64,000 nucleotides of DNA from Patescibacteria group bacterium (lineage in GTDB: Bacteria > Patescibacteriota > Patescibacteriia > Patescibacteriales > UBA12465). The DNA is taken from assembly GCA_041661685.1 (NCBI GenBank), contig JBAZTY010000001.1, forward strand, positions 192,691-256,690, read 5' to 3'. Under the pieces are notes generated by a model. It saw nothing but the letters and a program-made list of their open reading frames with translations. It ran no database searches and had not been told where the DNA came from. Position 1 is the first letter of the stretch. Every line of letters starts with the position of its first letter. The position numbers were made by a program, and so were the translations under genes. Positions 1 through 8,997 of the stretch are shown here, piece after piece.

Positions 1-720
1 GAACAACAAATTACAACCGCTCAATCACAGGTAGATTCTGCACTAAAATCATATGAGACAGCTAAAGCTCAGTTAGCTCAGGTAAAAGCTCCGGTGCGTG
101 CTTCTGACATAGCGGTTTATCAAGCGCAAATAGCGCAAGCGGAAACTTCGCTACAAAAAATTCAAACCCAGAGGGAGAATTTAGTAATTACTGCGCCATC
201 ATCTGGTGTCGTGGCTGAAGTAAGTGGCGAAGAAGGTGAAACTATTGGCCCCGACCTTATAGTAATTTCTCTTACCTCAGGCGGCGTCTTACAAATTAAA
301 TTAAATGTAGTTGAAGACAAGATCGTAGGAGTTAAAGTTGGACAAACTGTCAAAATAATGATTGATGCAATTAATCAGGAAATATTTACTGGTCGAGTAG
401 TATCAATTAACCCAGCCCAAACTATTATTGGTGGCGCTGTATATTATCAAACTATTATTCTTTTTGATAAAGTAGATGAACGATTAAAGCCTGGCATGAC
501 GGCTAACATCTGGATAAAAACAGCAATTTCAGAAAATGCTCTTTCTGTGCCAGCAAGTGCTGTTAGGAATAGCGATGGCCAGCAAATAGTTCAAGTTTAC
601 TCTAATAAAAAAATAATAAATAAAGATGTATCTACCGGAATTAAAAATGATGCCGGCATGATAGAAATTACGTCTGGATTAATTGAGGGCGATCAAGTGG
701 TCCTTGATAATATAAAATAG
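1..720 (+). CDS. HlyD/MacA-type membrane-fusion adaptor protein, C-terminal part (5' end lies outside the window)
   Basis: Frame 1 is open from nt 1 (EQQITTAQSQVDSALKSYETAKAQLAQVK...). A Q/A-rich coiled-coil stretch is followed by beta-barrel type motifs (LVITAPSSGVV, KPGMTANIWI). An FtsX permease and an ABC ATPase follow immediately. Confidence 0.75.
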   Translation, partial: EQQITTAQSQVDSALKSYETAKAQLAQVKAPVRASDIAVYQAQIAQAETSLQKIQTQRENLVITAPSSGVVAEVSGEEGETIGPDLIVISLTSGGVLQIKLNVVEDKIVGVKVGQTVKIMIDAINQEIFTGRVVSINPAQTIIGGAVYYQTIILFDKVDERLKPGMTANIWIKTAISENALSVPASAVRNSDGQQIVQVYSNKKIINKDVSTGIKNDAGMIEITSGLIEGDQVVLDNIK

Positions 721-722
721 AT

Positions 723-1952
723 ATGACCAGAACTGATTTTAAAACAGCTACTTTTATTGCCTACAAGACTATTACTAATGGTCATAAATCTACCATAGCT
801 TTAATTGTATTTATTCTTTCGCTGTCATTTTTTAACTTGATGTTTGTTTCAGGGTTTTTGAATGGTTTTTCGGATGGAATAATGGAATCTATGATAGATA
901 ACTCGACTGCCCACATTATTATCATGCCACAGGAAAAGCCCACTAAAAAAAACTTTATCCTCGAACAATCGCGGGTTCGTGCCGAAATTCAAACTATTCC
1001 CGGAGTTGTGGCTAGTACGAGACATTATCAAATAGGTGGATCTTTTGCTTATGACGCAGAAAAGAACGGCAAATATAACTATGTATCCGCGCCAATAATT
1101 GGCGTCGATCAAGCTGAGGAAAAAAGGGTTCTTTTTGTACAAAAAAATATGATCTCAGGTGAATTTCCCGATAATCTTCGAGATGATGAGATTGTAATGA
1201 GTGCTAATCTTACTGGTGGGTTCGGTACAAATCAAACAACTGATCTTGGTGGGGCTATTGTTGGTAGTCAAGTGCAGGTAGTTTATTCTAATGGCATAAT
1301 ACGTACATATACGATTAGAGGAATTTTTAAAATTACTATGGGTTCAGTTTCAAATACTGCCTTTATTTCCGCCAGCGAAGCAGAGTCCGTTCTTTCAACA
1401 TATGATAATGCCTCAGAAATACTTGTTAGGGTTGATTTGACGCAGAATACTCTAGATGGCTATGTGAATAGAATAACCAAGATGTTTCCCACCCTGCGTA
1501 TTGAAAAGTATACTGCTCGTCTTTCTACTGTTGGTATATTAGTTGATGCGTTCAATATTATCGCAATTATCGTAAGTGTTATTAGCATTATTGTTGCCGC
1601 CATAACTATATTTGTTATGATTTATGTGAATGCTGTTAGTAAACGTCGACAAATTGGCATATTAAAAGGAATTGGCATTAAAGAAAGCATAATAGAAGTT
1701 TCTTATATTATTCAGTCGATTTTTTATGCCATTTTAGGAATTATTGGTGGCTCTATAATAATATTTTTGATTGTGATACCTTTTTTGGCCGTAAAACAAA
1801 TTCCAATGCCATTTGGAAGCGCTAGATTAGTTTATACTTCGTTCGGTATTTTTATTAATATTATTAGTCTTATCATCGCCGGAATTTTAGCTGGCTTTAT
1901 TCCCGCAAAAATAGTCGCAAATGAAGATATTTTGAAATCCATTTGGGGCTAA
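723..1952 (+). CDS. ABC transporter permease, FtsX/MacB-like
   Basis: 409 aa with an N-terminal TM, a large extracytoplasmic domain and a C-terminal FtsX-type 3-TM bundle (KRRQIGILKGIGIKES). It lies 2 nt after the adaptor gene. Confidence 0.8.
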   Translation: MTRTDFKTATFIAYKTITNGHKSTIALIVFILSLSFFNLMFVSGFLNGFSDGIMESMIDNSTAHIIIMPQEKPTKKNFILEQSRVRAEIQTIPGVVASTRHYQIGGSFAYDAEKNGKYNYVSAPIIGVDQAEEKRVLFVQKNMISGEFPDNLRDDEIVMSANLTGGFGTNQTTDLGGAIVGSQVQVVYSNGIIRTYTIRGIFKITMGSVSNTAFISASEAESVLSTYDNASEILVRVDLTQNTLDGYVNRITKMFPTLRIEKYTARLSTVGILVDAFNIIAIIVSVISIIVAAITIFVMIYVNAVSKRRQIGILKGIGIKESIIEVSYIIQSIFYAILGIIGGSIIIFLIVIPFLAVKQIPMPFGSARLVYTSFGIFINIISLIIAGILAGFIPAKIVANEDILKSIWG

Positions 1953-1961
1953 AAAAATATT

Positions 1962-2621
1962 ATGATTAAAGTAAAGAATCTTATTAAGACATATCCGGGA
2001 CATGTACCGACTTTAGCGCTTAAGGGGGTGACTCTAGAAATTGCTGAGGGTGAATTTGTTGCTCTAATGGGTAGAAGTGGGTCAGGTAAATCAACGCTAT
2101 TACACCAGCTGGGGCTTCTTGATACACCAACATCTGGTAGCATTATTATTAATAAAACAGATGTTTTATCTTTAAGTGAGGCCAAAAGAACAAAATTTAG
2201 ACTGCAAAATCTGGGATATGTTTTTCAAGAATATGCTCTTATTGCTGAATTTACGGCTCTAGAAAATGTTTCTTTTCCGGCAATGGCTTTTGGTGACAGT
2301 AGCTCAAAGGAGCGTGCCAGGCATCTCCTGGATCTAGTTGGTTTATCGGATAGAATAAATCATTATCCAAATGAAATGTCGGGCGGAGAGCAACAACGCG
2401 TAGCTATTGCTAGATCGTTAATAAATAACCCCAAAGTTTTGTTTGCTGATGAACCGACAGCTAATTTAGATACAGTTTCGACAGAGGTAATTTTAAAACT
2501 CTTCCGAAAACTTAATAAGGATCTAAAACAAACAATTTTAGTAGTAACGCATGAGCCTGAGGATAAGAAATATGTTGATAGAGTAATTTGGCTTAAAGAT
2601 GGAATCATAACACATCCTTAG
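1962..2621 (+). CDS. ABC transporter ATP-binding protein (MacB/LolD class)
   Basis: Walker A GRSGSGKST, Q-loop, ABC signature MSGGEQQR, Walker B LFADEPT, H-loop VTHE. Confidence 0.9.
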   Translation: MIKVKNLIKTYPGHVPTLALKGVTLEIAEGEFVALMGRSGSGKSTLLHQLGLLDTPTSGSIIINKTDVLSLSEAKRTKFRLQNLGYVFQEYALIAEFTALENVSFPAMAFGDSSSKERARHLLDLVGLSDRINHYPNEMSGGEQQRVAIARSLINNPKVLFADEPTANLDTVSTEVILKLFRKLNKDLKQTILVVTHEPEDKKYVDRVIWLKDGIITHP

Positions 2622-2691
2622 TAATAACGTGTTGACACTTTGTTGACTCGGTCAATTATTATTTTTTGTTAGATGATATATAAACAAAATT

Positions 2692-2725
2692 AATCAAGTT
2701 AAATATTAAAAACTTGATTTTTTAT
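2692..2725 (+). terminator. Rho-independent terminator after the ABC operon
   Basis: ATCAAGTT / AACTTGAT 8-bp stem followed by a T-run (ttgatttttt). Confidence 0.7.
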
Positions 2726-2889
2726 TTCAGGGAACTTAAATTCTTAGTTACGGTTCTAACCCGGTTATTTTGGTATTAAATTTTTTGATATCATTTTTAA
2801 GAATTGAGTAAATTATGACTAAAGAATACTTATTACCTATATAATTGGGTATTTTTTAGATATTGTCACAATTTATTAAATTTGCTATT

Positions 2890-2937
2890 ATACTATATGT
2901 AGTGTTTTAAATATTATTTATAGACTACATATAGTAA
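2890..2937 (+). promoter_or_regulatory. Tandem NrdR-box-like operators upstream of the nrdJ operon
   Basis: ATACTATATGTAGTGT (2890-2905) matches the NrdR-box consensus acaCwAtATaTwGtgt at 14/16 positions. AGACTACATATAGTAA (2922-2937) matches at 12/16. Start-to-start spacing is 32 bp, and the two boxes are near reverse complements of each other. Confidence 0.6.
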
Positions 2938-2955
2938 TTTATTAATTTTAAAATT

Positions 2956-3516
2956 ATGAATAATCAAGAAAATAAGAATTCTTTTGATATAATTAAAATG
3001 AGTTTAGGTTGGGTTTTAAGTTTTGTTTTACGTTTAATTCCATTTAGACCACCTAATTTGGAACCAATATTGGCCATCCAAATGCCGTTCACTAAAAAAT
3101 TTGGTTTTATGGCCGGATTTTTGTTCGCTTTTTTAAATATTATTTTATTTGACCTAGTGACCGGAAAAGTCGGAATGTGGACTTGGGTGACGGCTGTTGC
3201 TTATGGCTTATTAGCGCTATTTACCCACTGGTATTTTAAAAATAGGAAAAGTACTTCTGTAAACTACGCTGTGCATGCTATTTTTGCCACCTTGATTTAC
3301 GATGCTATAACAGGTTTAACTGTTGGTCCAATATTTTTTGGTCAAAGTTTTATGAGCGCTTTGAGTGGTCAAGCTATTTTTACGGTTTATCATCTAGTAG
3401 GCAATGTTTCACTAGCACTTTTATTTAGTCAAATCATTTATAAATTCTTAGTAACTAATCCTAAACTTAGTATAAGTTATCTTAAGTATAAGTTTGTCCA
3501 GGCTCAAGCCTTATAA
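2956..3516 (+). CDS. Small polytopic membrane protein (ECF S-component-like size and topology); first gene of the nrdJ operon
   Basis: 186 aa with about 5-6 hydrophobic helices. It lies 19 nt downstream of the second NrdR-like box and 23 nt upstream of nrdJ. The function is inferred from context only. Confidence 0.55.
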   Translation: MNNQENKNSFDIIKMSLGWVLSFVLRLIPFRPPNLEPILAIQMPFTKKFGFMAGFLFAFLNIILFDLVTGKVGMWTWVTAVAYGLLALFTHWYFKNRKSTSVNYAVHAIFATLIYDAITGLTVGPIFFGQSFMSALSGQAIFTVYHLVGNVSLALLFSQIIYKFLVTNPKLSISYLKYKFVQAQAL

Positions 3517-3539
3517 TTAATTAATCAAATTTTCACTTT

Positions 3540-5840
3540 ATGTCTAGTATTAATATAGAAATTAGCAGAATACGTAAACGCAGTGGTCAATTAACTAAAT
3601 TTGACCCAATTTTTATTGAAAAGGCCGTTAATAAAGCCTTTAAAGAGGTGGGGGAGGAACCTAACGGTTTTGCTAAAAAAATTAGTAAACAGGTAGAGTC
3701 AGATCTAAAGAAAGTTAAGAAGTTTTCTCCAGACAAAGAATTTATTCCTCACGTAGAAATGATTCAGGATATAGTTGAAGAGGAGTTGATAAAAAATAAT
3801 TTTGCTAAAGTCGCTAAAGCTTATATTTTATATCGTCAGCAGCGAGCTGATTTTAGAAAACAAAAAAAAGACATTCCAGAGCATGTGCAAAAATTAACCG
3901 ATGAAAGTAAAAAATATTTTAATAATCCTTTGTCCGAATTTATTTTTTATCGTAGTTATTCTCGTTGGATTGAAGCTGAACAGAGACGTGAAACCTGGAT
4001 TGAAACGGTAGACAGATACATGACCTATATGAATAAAAATTTAGGCACAGCTTTAACTCCCGTGGAGTATAATGACATGAGAACTGCCATCTTGAAGCAA
4101 GAAATTATGCCCTCTATGCGTTTATTTCAATTTTCTGGTAAAGCCGCTGATAAAACTAACGTCTGTGCTTATAACTGTTCATATATAGCCCCTGAAAGTT
4201 TTCAGGATATGGCTGAAATTATGTATGTTTCGATGTGTGGTACCGGGGTTGGTTGGTCAGTAGAAAGTCAAAATGTTGAGAAATTTCCACAGATAATGCC
4301 ACAAAAAGGTAAAAAACTTGAAACTTATGTAGTTCCAGATGATAAAGAAGGCTGGTCTGATGCTCTTGCCTTGGGGATGAAGATTTGGGCCGATGGTGAT
4401 GATATTAAATTTGATTATTCTTTGCTACGTCCGGCTGGTGCTAGATTACAAACTATGGGTGGTAAAAGTTCTGGCCCAGAACCATTGAGACAGTTGCTTG
4501 ATTTTACTAGAAAAAAAATGTTAAGCAGACAGGGTCGAAGACTAAGAACTATAGATTTACATGATATTATCTGCATGATTGGTTATTGTGTCGTCTCGGG
4601 TGGAGTTCGTAGAAGCGCTATGATTTCTTTGTCGGATTTGGATGATAAAAATATTCGCGATGCTAAACAGGGACAATTTTATATTACCGAGCCACAAAGA
4701 AGTTTGGCTAACAACTCCGCTGTCTATATGCGTAAACCAAGTAATGAAGAATTTTTAGATGAATGGTTGTCTTTAATTAAGTCTGGTTCTGGTGAAAGAG
4801 GTATTTTTAACCGAGGTTCTTTGGCTAAAACAATGCCCCAACGCAGATTAGAGCTCCTAAAACAAAAAAAAGGTTATTTTGATATTACCGGTAAGTTTAT
4901 TCTTGGTCAAATGGGCACCAATCCTTGCGGTGAAATTATCTTACAATCTAAACAATTTTGTAATTTAACCGAAGTGGTTGCTAGACATAATGATACGGAA
5001 GAGTCTTTGCTGAGAAAGGTTAGGCTCGCCTCTATTTTGGGAACTTATCAGTCCACTCTGACTTATTTTCCATATTTATCCAAAGATTGGAAAATAAATT
5101 GTGAAGCAGAAAGATTGTTGGGAGTGTCAGTTACTGGGCAATGGGATTCTAAAGTAAGTCGCGAAGAAGCAGTGCTAAAAAAATTAAAAGATGAAGCAAT
5201 AAGAGTTAATAAAGAGTATGCTAAGAAATTTAATATTGCCCAGTCTAGTTCTGTAACATGTGTTAAACCATCTGGAACAGTTTCTCAATTAGTGGATTGT
5301 GCTTCTGGCATGCATGCTAGGTACGCCCCATATTATATTAGAAGGGTGCGTATTTCCGCTACTGATTCTTTGTTTAAAATGTTAAGAGACCAGGGCGTGC
5401 CCCATAAACTAGAGGTGGGTCAGTCTTATGAGGACGCCACTACTTATGTGTTTGAATTTCCAGTTAAAGCTCCCAAAGGTTCTATTTTTACCAAAGATAT
5501 AAGCGCTTTAGATCAGTTAGAACACTGGAGGAAAGTAAAATTAAATTATACTGAGCATAATCCTTCCGTAACAGTATCTGTGGGTGATGATGAATGGATA
5601 GAAGTGGCCAACTGGATTTATAAAAATTGGGAAATTGTTGGCGGTTTATCTTTTTTACCTCGCAATAACCATGTCTACGAATTAGCCCCCTATGAAGAAA
5701 TAGATAAGATTAAATATGAAGAGTTGTTAGAAAAATTTAGTAACATGGATTTTGCCCAGATTGTAAGTTATGAGAAATATGATGAAACCGAGGCTAAAAA
5801 AGAATTAGCTTGCGCGGGTGGAGCTTGTGAACTTAATTAA
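3540..5840 (+). CDS. nrdJ: Class II adenosylcobalamin-dependent ribonucleoside-triphosphate reductase with N-terminal ATP-cone
   Basis: 766 aa. ATP-cone-like N-terminus (ISRIRKRSGQLTKFDPIFIEKAV), active-site TNPCGEI, C-terminal redox cysteine pair CAGGACE. A B12 adenosyltransferase gene is adjacent. Confidence 0.9.
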   Translation: MSSINIEISRIRKRSGQLTKFDPIFIEKAVNKAFKEVGEEPNGFAKKISKQVESDLKKVKKFSPDKEFIPHVEMIQDIVEEELIKNNFAKVAKAYILYRQQRADFRKQKKDIPEHVQKLTDESKKYFNNPLSEFIFYRSYSRWIEAEQRRETWIETVDRYMTYMNKNLGTALTPVEYNDMRTAILKQEIMPSMRLFQFSGKAADKTNVCAYNCSYIAPESFQDMAEIMYVSMCGTGVGWSVESQNVEKFPQIMPQKGKKLETYVVPDDKEGWSDALALGMKIWADGDDIKFDYSLLRPAGARLQTMGGKSSGPEPLRQLLDFTRKKMLSRQGRRLRTIDLHDIICMIGYCVVSGGVRRSAMISLSDLDDKNIRDAKQGQFYITEPQRSLANNSAVYMRKPSNEEFLDEWLSLIKSGSGERGIFNRGSLAKTMPQRRLELLKQKKGYFDITGKFILGQMGTNPCGEIILQSKQFCNLTEVVARHNDTEESLLRKVRLASILGTYQSTLTYFPYLSKDWKINCEAERLLGVSVTGQWDSKVSREEAVLKKLKDEAIRVNKEYAKKFNIAQSSSVTCVKPSGTVSQLVDCASGMHARYAPYYIRRVRISATDSLFKMLRDQGVPHKLEVGQSYEDATTYVFEFPVKAPKGSIFTKDISALDQLEHWRKVKLNYTEHNPSVTVSVGDDEWIEVANWIYKNWEIVGGLSFLPRNNHVYELAPYEEIDKIKYEELLEKFSNMDFAQIVSYEKYDETEAKKELACAGGACELN

Positions 5841-5848
5841 TAGCTCAT

Positions 5849-6391
5849 ATGTACTTTACAGGTAAAGGAGACAATGGGACATCAACTGTTTTTAATTCCG
5901 AAGAACGTTTGCCTAAGAATGATCCCGTTTTTGAGTTACTAGGAGCCTTAGATGAATTAAATTCTTGGTTAGGCTTTTGTGTTGTAGAAGCTAAAGACCA
6001 AGAAAATATCCAAAAAATTCTAAAAAATATTCAGCATGATTTATTTATTTGCCAAGCTCATTTTGCTCAAGCAGATATTTTGATACCTCAAGATATTCTA
6101 GAAAAAACTGAAAATTGTATTAATAATATTGCTGCTGATATTAAAAAAAGAGAAAGCTTTGTTCTAAGCGGTGGTTCTAAATTAAGCGCTATCTTAGATG
6201 TGGCTAGAACTTTAGTCAGAAGAGTGGAAAGAAGCTCTATCGGAATAGAAGGAGAGCACAAGAAGAAAATAGACCAATTAGTGTTTGCTTATTTAAATCG
6301 TTTGTCCAGTTTATTGTATGTGTTGGCCAGGCAGGCTAATGATTTGTATGGAGTAGAAGAAGAAAATCCAAACTATGATAAATATGAATAA
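5849..6391 (+). CDS. pduO: ATP:cob(I)alamin adenosyltransferase, PduO type
   Basis: N-terminal YFTGKGDNGTS motif (canonical T(R/K)xGDxGxT), followed by LLGALDELNSWLG. The 180 aa length is typical. Confidence 0.85.
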   Translation: MYFTGKGDNGTSTVFNSEERLPKNDPVFELLGALDELNSWLGFCVVEAKDQENIQKILKNIQHDLFICQAHFAQADILIPQDILEKTENCINNIAADIKKRESFVLSGGSKLSAILDVARTLVRRVERSSIGIEGEHKKKIDQLVFAYLNRLSSLLYVLARQANDLYGVEEENPNYDKYE

Positions 6392-6514
6392 AAGTTTTTT
6401 AAAATTATTAACTATTGTTGATAAATTAGGTAAGAAATATAAGATAATGTTTTGATAGACATATTTGGCAGTTTAAATTAAAAATTAGGAACTAAGTTAC
6501 ATAAATATTAAAAT

Positions 6515-6754
6515 ATGAAAGATAAAATTAAACATAAAGTATTTACAGCAGAAACGCTTAGCCTTTATAACGGCCAAAACGGTCAGCCCGCCTACGTCGC
6601 TATTGACGGTCTTGTTTATGATGTTTCAACTGCCTTTATCGAAGGTGCGCATATTAATCATCAAGCTGGCATGGATTTATCTGAAGATTTTCATAGTATA
6701 CATGCAATTGAGATAATCAAAAAATACCCGATAATGGGAATATACAAGTCATAA
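6515..6754 (+). CDS. Cytochrome b5-like heme/steroid-binding domain protein
   Basis: 79 aa. FTAETLSLYNGQNGQPAYVAIDGLVYDVS resembles the b5-like/PGRMC fold signature. Confidence 0.6.
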   Translation: MKDKIKHKVFTAETLSLYNGQNGQPAYVAIDGLVYDVSTAFIEGAHINHQAGMDLSEDFHSIHAIEIIKKYPIMGIYKS

Positions 6755-6769
6755 TAAATTTATTTTTAT

Positions 6770-7300
6770 ATGAAAAAACCAATTATTTTTTCTATTGGTC
6801 ACTCGTCACGTACAATTATAGATTTTCTGTCCTTATTAAGTAAAAATGGCATAAAAGAAATAATTGATATTCGTTCGTTACCTGGCTCACGTTATGCGCC
6901 TCAATTTAATCAAGAAACTCTTGTTGAGTCCTTAAAAGAAGTTAGTATACGATATAAATATATAGAAAAGTTGGGGGGACGTCGTAGAAGCAGTGAGGAT
7001 TCAATTAACTTAGGTTGGCACAATGTTTCATTTCGCGGTTATGCCGATTACATGTCTACGTCTGAATTCTCAGCCGGATTAGCCGAGCTTATTAAAATAG
7101 CTAGTTTTAAAACAACCGCTATTATGTGCGCGGAGGCTGTGCCCTGGCGTTGTCATCGTTCTCTAATTTCCGATGCATTAAGTAAAAAGGGTTGGGAAGT
7201 GCGTAATATTATTGGATCTGAATCAACCGTTAGGCATCGACTAACGCCATTTCTTAAAATGAAAAAGGGCCAAATTGTTTATCCTGAAATAAAAAATTAA
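6770..7300 (+). CDS. DUF488 family protein
   Basis: FSIGHSSRT...IDIRSLPGSRYAPQFN...CAEAVPWRCHRSLISD is the characteristic DUF488 pattern. Confidence 0.75.
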   Translation: MKKPIIFSIGHSSRTIIDFLSLLSKNGIKEIIDIRSLPGSRYAPQFNQETLVESLKEVSIRYKYIEKLGGRRRSSEDSINLGWHNVSFRGYADYMSTSEFSAGLAELIKIASFKTTAIMCAEAVPWRCHRSLISDALSKKGWEVRNIIGSESTVRHRLTPFLKMKKGQIVYPEIKN

Positions 7301-7323
7301 TTAAATATTTAAATTTTAATCAT

Positions 7324-7635
7324 ATGCAAGAAAATATTATAAACCCCGAAGAAGATATTAAATATCAGACTGGCTCAGTAGTCAGTAAAGAAATTCTCAA
7401 GAAAGATTCTGGAACGATTACCTTGTTTGCTTTTGATACCGGGCAAGGGCTCAGTGAACACACTGCACCCTTTGCGGCCTTAGTTAGTATATTAGACGGA
7501 GAAGCTATAATCACAATCGCTGGCACCCCACATGTAGTTGTTAAAGGACAACTCATTATTCTTCCTGCTAATAAACCGCACTCACTAAAAGCAGATAATA
7601 AATTTAAAATGATGTTGGTTATGATTAGGAGCTAA
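7324..7635 (+). CDS. Cupin-domain protein
   Basis: 103 aa with the two-motif cupin layout (GLSEHTAPFAALVSILDGEA ... PANKPHSL). Confidence 0.65.
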   Translation: MQENIINPEEDIKYQTGSVVSKEILKKDSGTITLFAFDTGQGLSEHTAPFAALVSILDGEAIITIAGTPHVVVKGQLIILPANKPHSLKADNKFKMMLVMIRS

Positions 7636-7837
7636 TATGAGTGTGATGAAACTTATGCAGAATTAGGTCTGCTGCTCCAAGCAAGTATAGGGGAAACAAG
7701 TGGACAGAAATACTGTATAGGCGCTTCTAACGAAGGGGTGACTGGATCGGTTAGGCGGATGAAGAATTAATAGTTAAAAAATTATTTATTATTAGCCATC
7801 CAAGTTCGGAAGCCGTCCCTCCAAGCGAGCTAATAAA

Positions 7838-7868
7838 ATAAAACACCCACTTGGGTGTTTTATTTTAG
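7838..7868. terminator. Bidirectional hairpin terminator
   Basis: aaaACACCCActTGGGTGTtttatttt, with an A-run before and a T-run after the stem. Confidence 0.6.
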
Positions 7869-7878
7869 CATTCTAGGA

Positions 7879-8045
7879 GTTGGGGATTCGAACAGGCCAG
7901 AAGCGAAACAAGTTTGAGCCGCTATTCTGAGCGGCGAGAACGCAGGAGAGCGTCGCTAAGCATCTAGGGGATGCTTAGCGCTGGCCCAGGACAAGTGAGC
8001 GACGCGGAAGCGGAGCGAGCGCGAGAAATCCCTATCCCCGAGCAA
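7879..8045 (+). other. GC-rich structured element of unknown class (candidate ncRNA or RNA-gene relic)
   Basis: A sharp GC-rich island inside AT-rich intergenic DNA. Nested perfect hairpins GCCGCT..AGCGGC and CGCTAAGCATC-taggg-GATGCTTAGCG, a CGC-GGAA-GCG tetraloop hairpin, and terminal GGGGAT/ATCCCC complementarity. The 5' segment GGAUUCGAACAGG..GCGAAAC resembles the 5' end of tmRNA. I found no tag ORF, T-arm or CCA end. Confidence 0.3.
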
Positions 8046-8085
8046 ATCAGGACACAAACTTTTTGGACATGACTCATTATTTATC

Positions 8086-8997
8086 ATGAACGAAGTAGAC
8101 GATTTAGTGATAATATGTTATAATTTAAACATGATAAACATGTTTAAAAGAATGACAGAAGAGGAGGCAGCTAAATTCCGAAGAGCGGGATCAAAGTTTA
8201 TGATAATACCATTCGCGATTATTATTATTATCGGGATAGCGGCTGTTATTTTCCCGGAAGTTCGGAATTTTTTGGGTTTTGATATTATTCTAAAACCAGC
8301 AACTATAGGCGTTCCTTACGAATATGATTTTTCTTGGATGAAATCGCCAGAATGTTTTGAGCCGTGTCATTTTGAAACAACTGCGATGGAGGGATTTGTT
8401 CCTTTAGGTCTTCAACTTTGGCCTGATGGCATGTTAAAAGGTACGCCAACAGGAAAAAGCAGTCGTTTTGAGATTTGTGTAATAGACGCGGCGGGCAAGA
8501 GATCGGCTTGCAGAAAGTTTAATCAAGAAGTAATGGATCCTAAAAATGATACAAAAACCTTAACCACCGAGAATCCCACGAACGGCAGCGCCCCAGTTTC
8601 TACAAAAGGTTTAACTGATGTTTGGTCCGGCACTTATTCGTATGCTCTAAATTTTGACAATCAAGGTCCGGTTTTTTACAATACTGATAAGTTTATCTTA
8701 AAATTTTTTCGGAACGGGAATAATATTAAAGGTTCCTATACTCAATATTCTGGAGAGAAAAGTACGACAGAAAATATCATCGGAACAATTGTTGGGACGC
8801 AAATAAAGTTTAATGACGATTGGTGTCCCGCAACTAACGTACAATCATCAATTTGCTTTAGATTCGCGGGCACTGTTTCTGGTAATTCAATAAATTTGAA
8901 TGCCGAACGCTGCTCCTTTAATACGTTTTGCCCTTCTCGTTATTCAGCGAGTTCTCAGGGTCCTGCGATCAAGGGTACTGTTACTTTAACTAGATAG
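8086..8997 (+). CDS. Membrane-anchored or secreted protein with a putative Ig-like domain (probable true start ATG 8131)
   Basis: N-terminal TM (FMIIPFAIIIIIGIAAVIF) and an LPxGLxxxxxGxxxGTPT-type Ig-like motif (PLGLQLWPDGMLKGTPTGKSSRFEICVIDAAG). TGTTATAAT at 8116-8124 lies 6 nt before ATG 8131. Confidence 0.55.
   Translation: MNEVDDLVIICYNLNMINMFKRMTEEEAAKFRRAGSKFMIIPFAIIIIIGIAAVIFPEVRNFLGFDIILKPATIGVPYEYDFSWMKSPECFEPCHFETTAMEGFVPLGLQLWPDGMLKGTPTGKSSRFEICVIDAAGKRSACRKFNQEVMDPKNDTKTLTTENPTNGSAPVSTKGLTDVWSGTYSYALNFDNQGPVFYNTDKFILKFFRNGNNIKGSYTQYSGEKSTTENIIGTIVGTQIKFNDDWCPATNVQSSICFRFAGTVSGNSINLNAERCSFNTFCPSRYSASSQGPAIKGTVTLTR

Noticed and set aside
2622-2955. I looked for a cobalamin riboswitch upstream of the membrane protein and nrdJ operon.
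   Set aside because: I could find no B12-box-like element and no GGGAA..GGTGAAA..GCCACTG core. The region is mostly AT-rich promoter-like sequence plus the NrdR-like palindromes and the upstream terminator.
7879-7905. GGAGTTGGGGATTCGAACAGGCC looked like the reverse complement of a tRNA 3' end (T-loop TTCGAAT plus acceptor), suggesting a minus-strand tRNA or an att-site remnant.
   Set aside because: The sequence 5' of the putative T-loop (GCCTG) cannot pair with the 3' side (CCCCA). There is no matching acceptor 5' strand or anticodon arm within 90 nt, so it is not a functional tRNA. The att-remnant idea cannot be tested without the rest of the genome. The observation is folded into the GC-island finding instead.
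7985-8030. The hairpin GAGCGACGC-GGAA-GCGGAGCGAGC with upstream CCAGG looked superficially like SRP RNA helix 8 (GNRA tetraloop plus AGCA loop).
   Set aside because: The conserved 5' AGG and 3' AGCA symmetric-loop nucleotides are not present (GCGA / AGCG instead). The surrounding sequence does not form the long closing helix of 4.5S-type SRP RNA.
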